From Paraspadella gotoi (taxonomy: Eukaryota; Animalia; Chaetognatha), in the NCBI GenBank assembly GCA_051294375.1, contig CM119268.1, positions 5,397,021 to 5,427,934 on the forward strand: a stretch of DNA of 30,914 nucleotides, in the 5' to 3' direction. Position 1 is the stretch's first letter. Every line of letters starts with the position of its first letter. The translations under genes were made by a program, and so were the position numbers. The notes beneath the pieces are model-generated. The model saw only the letters and a program-made list of their open reading frames with translations. It made no database searches and was not told the origin of the DNA. Of the stretch, positions 1 to 11,377 are shown in pieces.

Positions 1-580
1 AAAAAAAAACAAAATCTATAATTTTAAAAACAAGTTAATATAACTTGAAAAGTCAAACTCTGGATTCCTGGAGTCCATAACATAACTTATCATCTGATTA
101 GATGCTTACCGCTTAATTATNNNNNNNNNNNNNNNNNNNNNNNNNNNNNNNNNNNNNNNNNNNNNNNNNNNNNNNNNNNNNNNNNNNNNNNNNNNNNNNN
201 NNNNNNNNNNNNNNNNNNNNNNNNNNNNNNNNNNNNNNNNNNNNNNNNNNNNNNNNNNNNNNNNNNNNNNNNNNNNNNNNNNNNNNNNNNNNNNNNNNNN
301 NNNNNNNNNNNNNNNNNNNNNNNNNNNNNNNNNNNNNNNNNNNNNNNNNNNNNNNNNNNNNNNNNNNNNNNNNNNNNNNNNNGACTATAGTTTGTTGCTC
401 ATTTGTTAAGACAGAAAAAAACCTTAAAACCAAGGGACGGCTCGCGCCGCCTTCAGGAATTCCTAAAACTATAAAGAATAAATGTCATAAATACACGGGC
501 AAACAAATTTTTTAGTCACATCATGTCATTTTATGTCATGTCATGTTTTCGTTCTTCTTTCTTATCTTCCTCTTCCGCTT

Positions 581-714
581 CTATTTTCTTTCCCTTTTCT
601 TTCCTCCTTCTTTCCTCCCTCTTTCTTTTCTTTTTCTTTTCCTCCATCCGTAGAACCCCCCCCCCAAAAAAAAAGGAAAAACCGTTAAAGGTAAGAAAAA
701 CTCGGGACCGAAGC
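581..714 (-). CDS. Candidate terminal exon with a possible atypical TM2: (R)FGPEFFLPLTVFPFFLGGGFYGWRKRKRKERGRK...*
   Basis: ttttag acceptor at 715-720. Phase 1 matches the exon ending at 1076. A hydrophobic stretch of about 23 aa is followed by a basic cluster. Homopolymer runs make the frame uncertain, and the true exon could lie in the gap at 796-1031. Confidence 0.3.
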
Positions 715-1075
715 CTAAAACCTTCAAACATGAATGATGTGCGTTTTCGCGGTGACCCTAGCAACGGAGACGCGACCCCTTAGCAACGGCGGTGGNNNNN
801 NNNNNNNNNNNNNNNNNNNNNNNNNNNNNNNNNNNNNNNNNNNNNNNNNNNNNNNNNNNNNNNNNNNNNNNNNNNNNNNNNNNNNNNNNNNNNNNNNNNN
901 NNNNNNNNNNNNNNNNNNNNNNNNNNNNNNNNNNNNNNNNNNNNNNNNNNNNNNNNNNNNNNNNNNNNNNNNNNNNNNNNNNNNNNNNNNNNNNNNNNNN
1001 NNNNNNNNNNNNNNNNNNNNNNNNNNNNNNNAGAGAGAGAGAGACATACAGACAGAGACTGAGAGAGATACTTAC

Positions 1076-1167
1076 GTAAAATAGTGAGAATGGAGGAGCG
1101 TTTATTTTCAACGGATACGAGATACGAAGAATCGCCAAAGAAAATGTCAACTTTGACGATGTTGTCT
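1076..1167 (-). CDS. DEG/ENaC pre-TM2 palm-strand exon: (R)DNIVKVDIFFGDSSYLVSVENKRSSILTIL
   Basis: cag acceptor and gtaagt donor; 92 nt, phase 2 to 1. Matches the ASIC/ENaC pattern N.L.LDIFF..L.Y..IEQ..AY....LL. Confidence 0.88.
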
Positions 1168-1319
1168 CTGTTAATGAGAAAAAATATATATTGATTTATT
1201 CATTTTTTCCCCTAATTTATAAATACAATTTTTTAAACTTCTTAAATTTTTTTTCATAAAGAATTCAGTCATTGTTTACGTTATTTATTTATTAACTCTC
1301 TCTTTCGTTATTTCAATTC

Positions 1320-1545
1320 ATTTCCTTTATTTAATATATTCAGTCATTCAATCATTCAATTCAGTTTTCCATTATTTAGTTCATTCAATCTCTCATTCAA
1401 TTCGTTCAATCTCTCATTAATTCATTCCATTCCATTCATATCATTCCATTCTATCCAATTCCATTCAATTCCATTCATATTATTCCATTCATTCCATTCC
1501 ATTCATATCATTCCATTCATTCCATTCCATCCAATTCCATCCCAA
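1320..1545. repeat. Degenerate (CATTC)n/(ATTC)n simple repeat, intronic
   Basis: Visible ccattcattccatt units. Confidence 0.85.
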
Positions 1546-1550
1546 TCCAC

Positions 1551-1673
1551 CTGACGAATCGCTCCCCCGTCTTCGTCGCCTCCAGTCGCGCGTTCAACCT
1601 TCGCCTCCAAAAATCCAGCGAAGATTCGAAATCGTCGTCGTAGTTTTGTATCACAGTCGAGATTTGCGAGTCT
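1551..1673 (-). CDS. Exon: (R)DSQISTVIQNYDDDFESSLDFWRRRLNARLEATKTGERFV(R)
   Basis: tag acceptor and gtggat donor; 123 nt, phase 2 to 2, open frame. GC-rich island between simple repeats. Confidence 0.85.
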
Positions 1674-1974
1674 CTATTAAATATATAGAATAATAATTAT
1701 TATTATTAGTATTATTATTATTATCATTATTATTATTATTATTATCTCCTCTTCTTTCCGCTCTCTTTTCCTTCTACCTCTCTTACTCTCCTCTCTCTTT
1801 TCCTTTCCTATCCCTTTCCTCTTTTTCTCCCCCTACTCCTCTTCCTTTCTCCTCTCCTCTCTTTTCCTCTCTCCCTCCCTTCATCCCTTCCTCTCTTCCT
1901 CTCCGTTCCTCCCTCTCTTTCTTCCTCTCTACCTCTCTTTCTCCCTCTCTACCTCTCTTTTTCCCTCTCTTCAC

Positions 1975-2039
1975 CTGACGACTTCAGAGATGAGAGATTC
2001 CACTCGAAGTTCCGCCCGCGCAAGATTTTGGCGATCGTC
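1975..2039 (-). CDS. Exon: DDRQNLARAELRVESLISEVV(R)
   Basis: cccccag acceptor and gtgaag donor; 65 nt, phase 0 to 2, joining the next exon in frame. Confidence 0.82.
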
Positions 2040-2609
2040 CTGGGGGGGGNNNNNNNNNNNNNNNNNNNNNNNNNAGAAAGGGAGAAATAGAGAAAAGAGG
2101 AGGGAGCGGGGAAGGAAAAGGGGAATAAGAAGAGGAAGATGTTGGAGGAGAAGGTGAGGAGAGGGGGGAAAGCGAGGAAAAAAAGATTTTAAGACCGAAT
2201 TCTGACGGGTTTTTATCGGCGAGAAGATTTTCTTTTTTTTATTTAAACGTTTCATGAGGCGTTGGTTATTCTCTCTTCTCTCTCTCTCATCTCTCTGCTC
2301 TCTCATCTCTCAATCATCTCTCTCTCTCTCTCCTCTCTCTCTTCTCTCTCTCTCTCTCTCTTTCTCTCTCAGCTCTTCCCCGAAAACGCCGGTTCTTTTG
2401 GATTTCAAAACTAAAAATTTCGTCTTTCTCTGGGCCCCAAAAAGATTAAATTTTAATCTCGTAATAATTTCAAGAATAAACAATTTGTACTCTTATTTGC
2501 ATAATTTGCCTTTATATTCTTATTTCAATTTTAGAAAAGCATCGCTGAGTCAAAGGAATTTAAAAAAAGTTCAGACTCTTAATAAGGAAGTGAGTTTTAG
2601 TATGTCTCT

Positions 2610-2715
2610 TTCTCTTCATCCATTTTATAATGTAGAGTAAAAGCTACAAAAATTCCAACGGAGATTTCTCCGCAATTACAACGCCGAGTAAAGCGAGGCG
2701 TACATCTTCTCTCAC
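2610..2715 (-). CDS. Probable exon, copy 1 (VREDVRLALLGVVIAEKSPLEF... as read; frame and 3' end uncertain)
   Basis: tatag acceptor at 2716-2720. The GC-richer segment is shared with 10166-10269. The two copies disagree by indels. Confidence 0.45.
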
Positions 2716-2783
2716 CTATAATATACCCAAGTGAGTTGCACAATTTTTAATATAAATAAAAAATAATTAAAGAAGCGACTTAC

Positions 2784-2961
2784 CTGACCTTGAACAGACC
2801 CGGTCACGTGATGATATTGACGCAACAAATAATCGTCGACGTAGATCCCTTCCCAGGACTCGATTTCAAAATCTGGCGCCTAGACCGTTGAGGATCTTGG
2901 GATGAGGGTCCACGCTCTGAGAAAATTGCGAAATTGGGTTATTCAACCTCATCGGCGTAAT
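2784..2961 (-). CDS. Exon, copy 1, frameshifted (..YADEVDNTNF...YVDDYLLRQYHHVTGLFK)
   Basis: tatag acceptor and gtaagt donor. Homologous to 10337-10515, with several indels. Confidence 0.7.
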
Positions 2962-3101
2962 CTATAATAATATCATCATTAATCATAATTAATCATCTAA
3001 AATATGTCATCATCACCATAATAATATGTTAACAATATTTTTAAAATCGGGTTGTACCAAATTTTCATAATCATGATTAATCATCAATCTTCGTCATCAA
3101 C

Positions 3102-3295
3102 CTGTATTCCCTGGTGATTTCCCTGACGTCTTGCTGCAACTGAGCACCGATGGAATGCAGCAAAACAGTCGGAGAAATGGCAGAGATTTGGCGCCGATGG
3201 AATTCCGATCGCCGCATTTGTGGAGATGTAGAGGGTTGGAAGCGACCGTCGACGCCGCGGATGTAGACGCTCGTCCAACTTTTGCTCCACGAAAA
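3102..3295 (-). CDS. Exon, copy 1, frameshifted (FVEQKL...QQDVREITREY)
   Basis: ccaacag acceptor. Homologous to the intact exon at 10641-10835. Confidence 0.7.
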
Positions 3296-3420
3296 CTGTT
3301 GGGGAGGAAGTTAAATGGTGAATGGGGTTTGGGGGATGTCCGGGTGTCGGGGTTGTCCGAGGTGTCGAGTGTCGGGTGTCCGAGTGTTAGTTTTTAACGT
3401 TGTCAAAGAGTTTTTAAAAG

Positions 3421-3520
3421 ATAATTATTATTATTATAATTATTATTATTATTATTATTATTATTATAATTATTATTATTATTAATTATTATTATTATTA
3501 TTATATTATTTATTATATTA
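3421..3520. repeat. (TAT)n microsatellite; counterpart at about 10958-11056
   Basis: Direct observation. Confidence 0.95.
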
Positions 3521-3828
3521 AGTAAGATTAAGTTGGTCGAGAAACTTGTTAAACAATTATTTGATTACGGTTTTAAGCGAAAAAGGAAATACCGCATTGT
3601 GATTGAAGATCGTTTAAGCAGTACCGGGAAAGGTTTACGTAAATGTATTAATGTTTTCGACAAAAGAATAGCCAAAGCATTACCGTAACGATGCTTTATA
3701 TTTCATAACGACAATTACAAATGATAATATAGATAAATGATAAATAATTAAAATGTAAAAATTTCATGAACATTATGACGGGCTGGGGCAGCTGAGCCCT
3801 TCCTTTTCGCCTTAAAAAAACAATCTGC

Positions 3829-6260
3829 GAGATATGTCATCTCCCAAATCCTCCGCCCCCGCGGGCGGCTTCTAGGGCGGCCCGCAGGGGGCAGACTATT
3901 CCAGGGGAGCAGAAAAATGGTCATTGAGGGGCTAGCCGCCCCCTCTGCATTGGCCTCAGGGGGCCGCCCCAAAGGGGTTCCCCCGGGGGCCAAATTTTTG
4001 GTCTATAACGGGGGGCCCCCTAATGCTTAGCCCCTCTTGAGGGCCAAGCACCACCACACACACTCTGCCCCCGGGGGTACACCCCTTTGGGAGGCAAAAA
4101 AACTGCTCCCCCAGGGGCGAGTTAAAGAGAGAGCAAAGTTCAGATGAGAAGAATATACTTTCCTTCTGACTATGATATATATCTGAGAATATTCTCCTGT
4201 CTTTACTCCTCTCTCTTTCTCTCTCCTTTTTTTTCTCCTAATTCTTTTTTTCTCTCTCTTTCTTTTTCTCATTCTCTCTTATCTTTTTTTTTCACTCTTC
4301 TTTTTTTCTCATCTCTCTTCTATAGACTTGTTTTATGAACTGGATTAAATATACATTTTTTTTTCAAAATTTATGTGTTAAGTCACTTTTCATATTTTAT
4401 TTAAAAATTGTAATATTTGTATTTTTATACGCCAATTATTTTATTCATTAAAAAGATATAGAAAAATAATTTAGAACAATGTAGGACGTAGCCACAAAAA
4501 TTTAGTGGTAAAAAGCTAATCCAGGTCGAATTGCTTTCTTTTTTTTATCTTTTTGTGTCTTTTAATTAAATTTTTCTTTTTGTTGATGGGACAATACTGA
4601 TGGAACTGATAGAGAGAGACATATTTTAAAAAAAAATATTCATAATTTGATGTTTAAAAAGAAATTAAATAAATCACCAAACAAATAAGGGCAAGTGACT
4701 GCGACAGTACACTTAGTGAAATTATAGAGTCCCCCCCAAAAAAAATAATAAAAACCTATTCACAACATTAAACAAGTTCTACCATCGGTAAATAAATTTT
4801 TTTTTAATATAAATTATGTAATTAAAAATCGTCAGTTTGTAGATTGGCTAAGATAACTCACGTTGTTAAGTAGAAACTGAAGATTTGAAGAGGAGAGTGA
4901 GCAAAAAAGTTTATATCCCTAGCTCAAGTCACGATACTTTCTAACCACATACAAAATTTTATTCCAATGCCCAATCGTATTTAAATACACGAATAATAGA
5001 GTTTAATGCAATATGGGACGCACTTAAAGCTCTACTGATAATTAATTAATTATCAATAAATATTTTTTTTAATTAATTATTTTTAATAAATGAAATTAAA
5101 AATTTAAAACCATCCTACTCTTTAATTCTATTAATTTAAAATTTCATTGATGAATAAGATAAAAATTTTGTATGTGTAGAAAAGTGTGCAAAGTGAACAG
5201 TGAGTTTTAATGGAAAAACAAAAAGTTACTTTTACTTGAACATTATTAAAAAAAATTTTTGTACTCTTTTTCTCTCTTTCTTTTTTTATTCTATCGATAA
5301 AATTATTAATTAAGCTAATTGTTAAGTTGATTGTTGACCAAATTAATTAATTTGACCAAATTATGCAAAGTTGTCCAAATTAATCTAAAGTTGACCAAAT
5401 TTATGCAAGTTGACCAATAATGACTGTTTGACGCTAAATTAAGGCAAATTTAACCAATTTAATACACACTTGACCAATTTATGCCAGTTTAACAAATCTA
5501 TGCAGATTTGACTAATTAATGCAAGTTGACCAAAAATTATGCAAGTTGATTGAATTAAGTGCAAATTGATTAAATTAATAAAAGTTTTGACCGAAATATG
5601 AAAGTTTACCAAATATGAAAGTTTACCAATTATTAAAGTTACACAAATTATAAAAGTTTAGCAAATTATAAAGGTAACCAAATTAGCAAGTTAACTAAAT
5701 TATAAAAAAATACCAAAATTATGAAAGGTTTACCAAATTTATAAAAGTTTACCAAAATTTTAAAAAAGTTGAATTAAATTATTATCCAGTTGACCGCAAT
5801 TCATATGCTGTTGGACCAATTATGTCATTTGATTAAATTATGCAAGGTGAACGCAAAATTATTGGTGCAGCTATTGTTCATTAATTGATTAATTGAAGTG
5901 AAAAATATTATTTTTATTTTATATTTTATTGTAATGAAAGATAAAAATAGAAATAGATAGAGAAAGAGAGGGAGAGAGAAAGAGAGTAGAGGGAGAGAGA
6001 GATTGGAAAGGAAGAGACCGTTCCAGGGGTCAGGAAAATCTATCTCAACCCTGGGGGGTAGCCCCAGGGGGCCAAGGTTTTCTAGCCCCAGGGGATTCCC
6101 GCCTGGAGTGGCCCCTTGGGGCTCCAAAAAAAGAGGCACAGGGGGGCCGCCCCTAGGCAGTAAGGATTTGCCTGCCCCTCGGGGCCGCCCCGCGGAGCAC
6201 CCCGCGGGCCGCCCCAGCACCGCCCCCGGGGGAAGCGATTCTGAAGAGTGAACAATACTG
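3829..6260. mobile_element. Non-autonomous DNA-transposon-like insertion (hAT-like), about 2.43 kb
   Basis: Flanked by the direct repeat CAATCTGC(G) at 3821-3828 and 6261-6268, with a single copy at the empty site 11318-11325. The right end reads CAGT inward. Both ends carry imperfect inverted GC-rich arms with GGGCGGCCC motifs. No transposase ORF is seen. Confidence 0.8.
5330..5860. repeat. Minisatellite with a unit of about 18-21 bp (GTTGACCAAATTATGCAA-like) inside the insertion
   Basis: Many degenerate units such as ttgaccaaattatgcaaag and tttaccaaatatgaaag. Confidence 0.88.
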
Positions 6261-6323
6261 CAATCTGCGGCCAAATGGACCGACGGAACGGACGGACGGA
6301 CCTCGACGGCCAGACTGACTGAC

Positions 6324-6530
6324 ACCTGAATCCCCTCCTCCTCCCCCCCTACATTCTCTAGCCGCTGCAGTCGCTCGTCCACTGCTGCCTGCCGCCCCTC
6401 GAATCTCGACTCTTGAGCTTCGAACCGTCTTCGCGATTTTCTCGAGTCACGAACGGCTTGAATGAAAGTGGATCGGAGAAGCGGACCTTCGAAGAGAGTT
6501 CTTGTTCATGTGGTGATCACGTTGAGAGGC
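6324..6530 (-). CDS. Exon, copy 1, frameshifted (GLLNVITHMNK...VDERLQRLE)
   Basis: ccccaaag acceptor. Homologous to 11378-11579. Confidence 0.7.
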
Positions 6531-8976
6531 CTTTGGGGGGGGGGAACGCGAAGGAGAAAGGGAGTAGCAGGGAGAAGGGAAATGGGGAGAGGAAGGGGGA
6601 GAGAGGGGAAGGTGAGGTAGAAAAGGGAGAGGTGGGGAGGAAGAGAGGGGAGAAGGGAGAAGGAAGGTAGGAAGGAGAAGGGAAGAAAGGAGAAGGGGGA
6701 AGGGGAAGTTGAGGGAAAGAAGGGGGAAAGACGATGAAAATCGGGGGGGGTGGCGAATGAAGGGGGAGAGGAAAGGAGATGAGGGGTAATGAAAAGTATA
6801 AAGTGTGGAAAGGAAAGATGGGAATGATGAAAGTGGAGATAAAGGGTAGAAAAAGAAAAGAAGGAAGGAAAAGTTGGGATAAATTTGAGGGAGTTTTTGG
6901 GGTTTTTTTTTTTCGTGGGAAAAGTTAAAAAAAAAGAAAGAAGGGAGGGAATTTTATCAATAAAGGTTTAACACTTAAAAATTTGCGAGAAATATCTTAT
7001 AAGCAAAGGAGGGGGAGTTTTCTTTCTCTCCCCAAGAACAACTCGAAAATTGAATTTCAAGAAAGAAAATAAACATTAACTTTTTTTTCTGTTAAAAAAA
7101 AAAGCCACGTCACTTATTAATGATCGTTTCGTAAAGACTAAAACAAGTTTTAAGTATCTTAAGCGCTTAGATATGAATATTTTAATACCGTAGCCGACTA
7201 AAACAATAACAAACTAATATTGGCTGTCCCCAGGGGGACGCATTCGAGAAGGGGGAGGTTGCGAGGGGGGGGGAGAGTCCGCGGTCATAGGGGGTGCTGT
7301 TCCGTTCAAGACTCAATTCACACATCAAACGAATAATATCAGAAGCCAAACGGTTTTTTTTATTCTAGACAAAAAGTTCATTAACGATAGAAAAATTTGG
7401 GGAAAATTTTAGAAGAAAAAAAATGAATACGGAATACCCGGGGACCCAAAAAAAAATTTAAAAGAGACAAAAAATGAAAGAAAAAATAAGTATCGAGAAC
7501 CGGAAAGAAAATTTGTTCTTTTTTTGTATCAATTTTGGAATAAAAATATAAACTAATGTTTAAAAAATGATCGACATTTTAAAGCGGAAAAAATTTATAA
7601 AATTGCGGTGAAGAAAAATTGAAAAAGTTGAAAGAAAAAATAGAATAAGAAAAAAATCACGGGAAAAAAGTTGTGAAATATTTTTTTAGAAATTTTATTT
7701 TATTTTATGATTGGTCAAATAAAATATTGATATCTAGTATATATTCTTTTTTCTTTATCGTTTCGCGATTTTTTCGATAGAAATTCTACGCGATTTAATT
7801 ACAAGGATTTCTTCGGCTAAGTGATAATACTGTGTCCGCAGCGTCACAGCTTTGAATAAAGTTTTTTGTCTCGAGACTTTAAGTGAGCGAACATTTTTGG
7901 ATTAATTGCTGTTTCGTGAGGCTACATAGTAATAGCAAATGGTGCGTTGAAAAGTAACATTTCCGTTTGGCGTTGTTAAAATTTCGTCTACTTAGAGTAT
8001 TATTTACTTAGCTTATTGCTGATTATTTTCCTAGTATAAGATTGAAATTGTCTGATGGCAATAATGAAAACCTTTTTTTCTGTCAACAACGTCCATTTCC
8101 ATAATAAGTTAGAATTAATTTTAGTTCATAATTCCATCTTTTTTATATTCTATATTTTCATTTACCCGCTTTTTTTCCCAACGCCTCTCTATAACTGCTC
8201 CCCAAATCTAATTATTCCTTCTTATAACCCCTGATGCCCCTTTTTTTTTATCTCAAATTTCCGCGCCGGTCGCTCCCATCAAGCGCCACGAGTCGACGCG
8301 GCGGACGAGAATGGAAACTAAATTTGGCAGCAGAGACGCGGATAAAAAACAAAACAAAAGACTGTCGGACTTACAAATCTTATTTTCCCGCATCATTTTC
8401 AAGCGAAGTGGAATTTTTTTTTCTCCCTTTTCTCATCTTTTTTAAAAATTTTCTTTTCTTTTCCCTTTATTTCTTTTTTCTCTTAATCCATTATTTTCCG
8501 AGATTATTTCTTTAATTATTTTCTTTATAAATTTTTTTTTTCGCCTCTGAATTTTTTGGTTTCAAGTTCCTGTTTGTTTGTTTATGTCCTTATTTACTTA
8601 TTTTATCTTTTTCAAAGAAAAAAGCGAGAGAGAGAAACAATATTGAATAAGAAAGTTTTTTCGAAATGTCATTTTTGACTTACCAGGATAAATCTGAGGA
8701 AAGTCTGAATGGAAGTGAGAAAGGAGATAGAGAGTGAAGAGAAGAGAAAGAAGAAAGAAAAGAAAGAAGAGAGAGAGAAAAAGAGAAGAGAAAGAGAGAG
8801 AGAATAAAGAGAAGAGAAAGAGAGAAAGAGAAAAAGTAGAGAAAGAAGGTAATGAGGAAGAAAAGGAGAGAAAGAGGAGAAGAGAGAGAGAGAGAGGTCA
8901 TGAAAAAAAAGGTATGATCGCGATGAGAGATGGAGACGAGAGAGAGAGAGAGAGAGAGAAAGAGGGAGAGAGAGAG

Positions 8977-9009
<33 letters not shown>

Positions 9010-10165
9010 CGAGAGAGAGAGGTTCACAGAGATTAACGATGATTGAGACTTTAATTAATTATTAATAATATTTTCGAATTTGCTGAATTAGGTTATATTC
9101 GTCGACCGGAGATTTATCGAACGGCTTCTCAAATGACCCTTTTTTATTTTTTGGCCGACTACTTGGCTGATTAAAATTGGGTCTAGGGCTGATAAAAAAA
9201 TGGGGAGGGTAAATAAAATTGAGATCGGGGTGAATAAAAAACGAAAAAGAGAGGAAAAATGGCGTCAAGAAATAAATTGAAGGGAATGGCGGAAGGCAAA
9301 GAGGGATGTTGATTAAAACGGACAGCTTCCCCGGTTTTGGAGATAGAAAAGGAAAAAGAAAATTCGAAAAAGCTATCCCAATTTTGGCCGTGCTTCCGGG
9401 TGTGAAACTCTTTTAACTGTTTCATTGGGTCAGCAACAACCCCAAAAAGGTTAAAATGGACTTTGCATTGTTTAGCAACGATCGATTTGCGTGTATTTAC
9501 CGAGCTATTTAAATTTCTTTTGATATTCTCTCGCATGTCATCACATGAATTGTTCCAACTCAAATTAAATTATTTCTATCCTTAATATTTAATGCTTTGG
9601 CGAAATTATTGATGTCCTTATAACATGGGTCTCGAAAAATAAAAAAAAATATGGATCACAGTTGTGAAATCTTGTCAACTCGACGACTTTCTAAAAACTC
9701 CGGGGTCACCGATTTTTTCTTTTATGTAGGAAATGTGAAATTTTGGGTGAGTTTTGGGCCTGAAGATCCTAAGCGCAACATCCTTTAACCCTATGCAGCC
9801 AGGGAAAAAACCGGGGCTTGGAGCCAGGCTTGAGGGTTTTTCCACGTTCCCAAGACGATTTAGGCTTCCTCACCGTTTCCCGTATGGGGATGGATCGGTA
9901 CTCATGGTCATTAGCGGATTGTATTACTCAATGAGCCGCCTAGTCACAAGCGAAGTATTTCATTAATTAGGCGGAGTGAAGTTCGAAAAAGATTTTAAAT
10001 TTTAATCTCGTAATAATTTCAAGAATAAACACATGTGTACTCTATTTGCATAACCTTTGCCTTTATATTCTTTATTTCAATTTTTAAGAAAAAGCTACTG
10101 AGCTCAAAGGAATTTTAAAAAAGTTCAGACTCTTAATAAAGGAAGTCGAGTTTTTAGTATTTAAC

Positions 10166-10269
10166 CTTTTCTCTCATCATTTTATAACGTAAGTAAAGCT
10201 ACAAAATTCCAACGGAGATTTCTCCGCAATACGAACCCGAGTAAAGCGAGGCAGTACATCTTTCTCACA
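10166..10269 (-). CDS. Probable exon, copy 2 (frame uncertain)
   Basis: Branch-point-like gctaac followed by a tatag acceptor; candidate donor gttaaa. Indels prevent a clean translation. Confidence 0.45.
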
Positions 10270-10336
10270 CTATATATCCCAAGTGAGTTAGCACAATTTT
10301 AAATAAATAAAAAATAATTAAAGAAGCGGACTTCAC

Positions 10337-10515
10337 CTGCACCTTGAACAGCCCGGTCACGTGATGATATTGACGCAACAAATAATCGTCGACGTAGATT
10401 CTCTTCCAGACTCGATTCAAATCTGGCGCCAGACCGTTGAGGATCTTGTGGATGATGGCGTCCACGGCTCTGAGGAAATTGGCGAAATTGGTGTTATCAA
10501 CCTCATCGGCGTTAT
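10337..10515 (-). CDS. Exon: (RY)ADEVDNTNFANFLRAVDAIIHKILNGLAPDLNRVWKRIYVDDYLLRQYHHVTGLFKVQ
   Basis: Open frame (overlaps ORF 10265..10465). Splice sites are clearer in copy 1 (tatag / gtaagt); phase 2 to 0. Confidence 0.82.
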
Positions 10516-10640
10516 CATAATAATCATATTAATCATAGTTATCATCAAAATATTCATCATCCATAATAATATTGTTAACAATATTTTTAAATCGGTTGTA
10601 CCAATTTCATAATCATGATAATCATCATCTTCGTCATCAC

Positions 10641-10835
10641 CTGTATTCCCTGGTAATTTCCCTGACGTCTTGCTGCAACTGTAGCACCGATGGATGCAGC
10701 AAACAGTCGGAGAAATGCGGCAGAGATTTGGCGCCCGACTGGAATTCCGTCGCGCATTTGTGGAGATTGTAGAGGGCGTTGGAAGCGACCGTCGACGCCC
10801 GGATGTAGACGCTCGTCAACTTTTGCTCCACGAAA
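10641..10835 (-). CDS. Exon: FVEQKLTSVYIRASTVASNALYNLHKCATEFQSGAKSLPHFSDCLLHPSVLQLQQDVREITREY(R)
   Basis: Pyrimidine tract plus caacag acceptor, gtgatg donor; 195 nt, phase 2 to 2, open frame. Confidence 0.85.
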
Positions 10836-10958
10836 CTGTTGGGGAGGAAGTTGAAGGTGAATGGGGTTTGGGGGAGTCCGGGTGTCGGGGTGTCGAGGTG
10901 TCGAGGTGTCGGGGTGTCGAGGTGTTAGTTGTTAACGTTGTCAAAGAGTTTTTAAAAG

Positions 10959-11056
<98 letters not shown>

Positions 11057-11377
11057 CAAGTAAGATTAAGTTCGGTCGACGAAACTTGGTTACCATTATT
11101 GATTAGGCGGTTTTAGTTGATCAGTTAAGCAGTGCCGGGAAAGGTTACTTAATGTTTTCGACAAAAGAATCGCCAAAGCATTACCATAACGATACTTAAT
11201 ATTTCAAATACGACAATTATAAATAGATAATAATAGATAATGATAAATAATTAAATGTAAAATGTTCAATGAACATTATGACGGGCTGGGGGCAGCTTAG
11301 CTCTTTCCTTTTCGCCTCAATCTGCGGCCAAATGGACCGACGGACGGACGGACGGACCGACGGCCAGACTGACTGAC

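Larger units (their letters stand above)
2439..8735. repeat. Copy 1 of a large direct duplication (four exons plus introns), including a 2.4-kb insertion
   Basis: Colinear near-identity with 9986-13681, from 'aaaaagatt..aaattttaatctcgtaataatttcaagaataaac' to 'ttaccaggataaatctgaggaaagtctgaatgg'. Differences are mostly 1-bp indels. Confidence 0.95.

Noticed and set aside
382-452. Additional terminal exon after ttttag at about 453
   Set aside because: No upstream donor could be linked to it and it runs into an N gap.
5330-5860. CRISPR-like array
   Set aside because: The units are degenerate and contiguous with no unique spacers, there are no cas genes, and the context is an intron-containing eukaryotic gene.
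5825-6382. 185-aa minus-strand ORF (and 3748..3993, 6003..6251) as a transposase or gene
   Set aside because: It is read-through from an exon into the GC-rich transposon arm, with no DDE or BED motifs.
10195-10269. Gene terminating at 'GEISVGIL*' in the duplicated block
   Set aside because: The frame depends on indels that differ between copies, and clean downstream exons (2039 to 1076) continue to a conserved DEG/ENaC motif.
10694-11116. Plus-strand 140-aa ORF with poly-Tyr
   Set aside because: It is the antisense shadow of the minus-strand exon 10641-10835 running into a (TAT)n tract.
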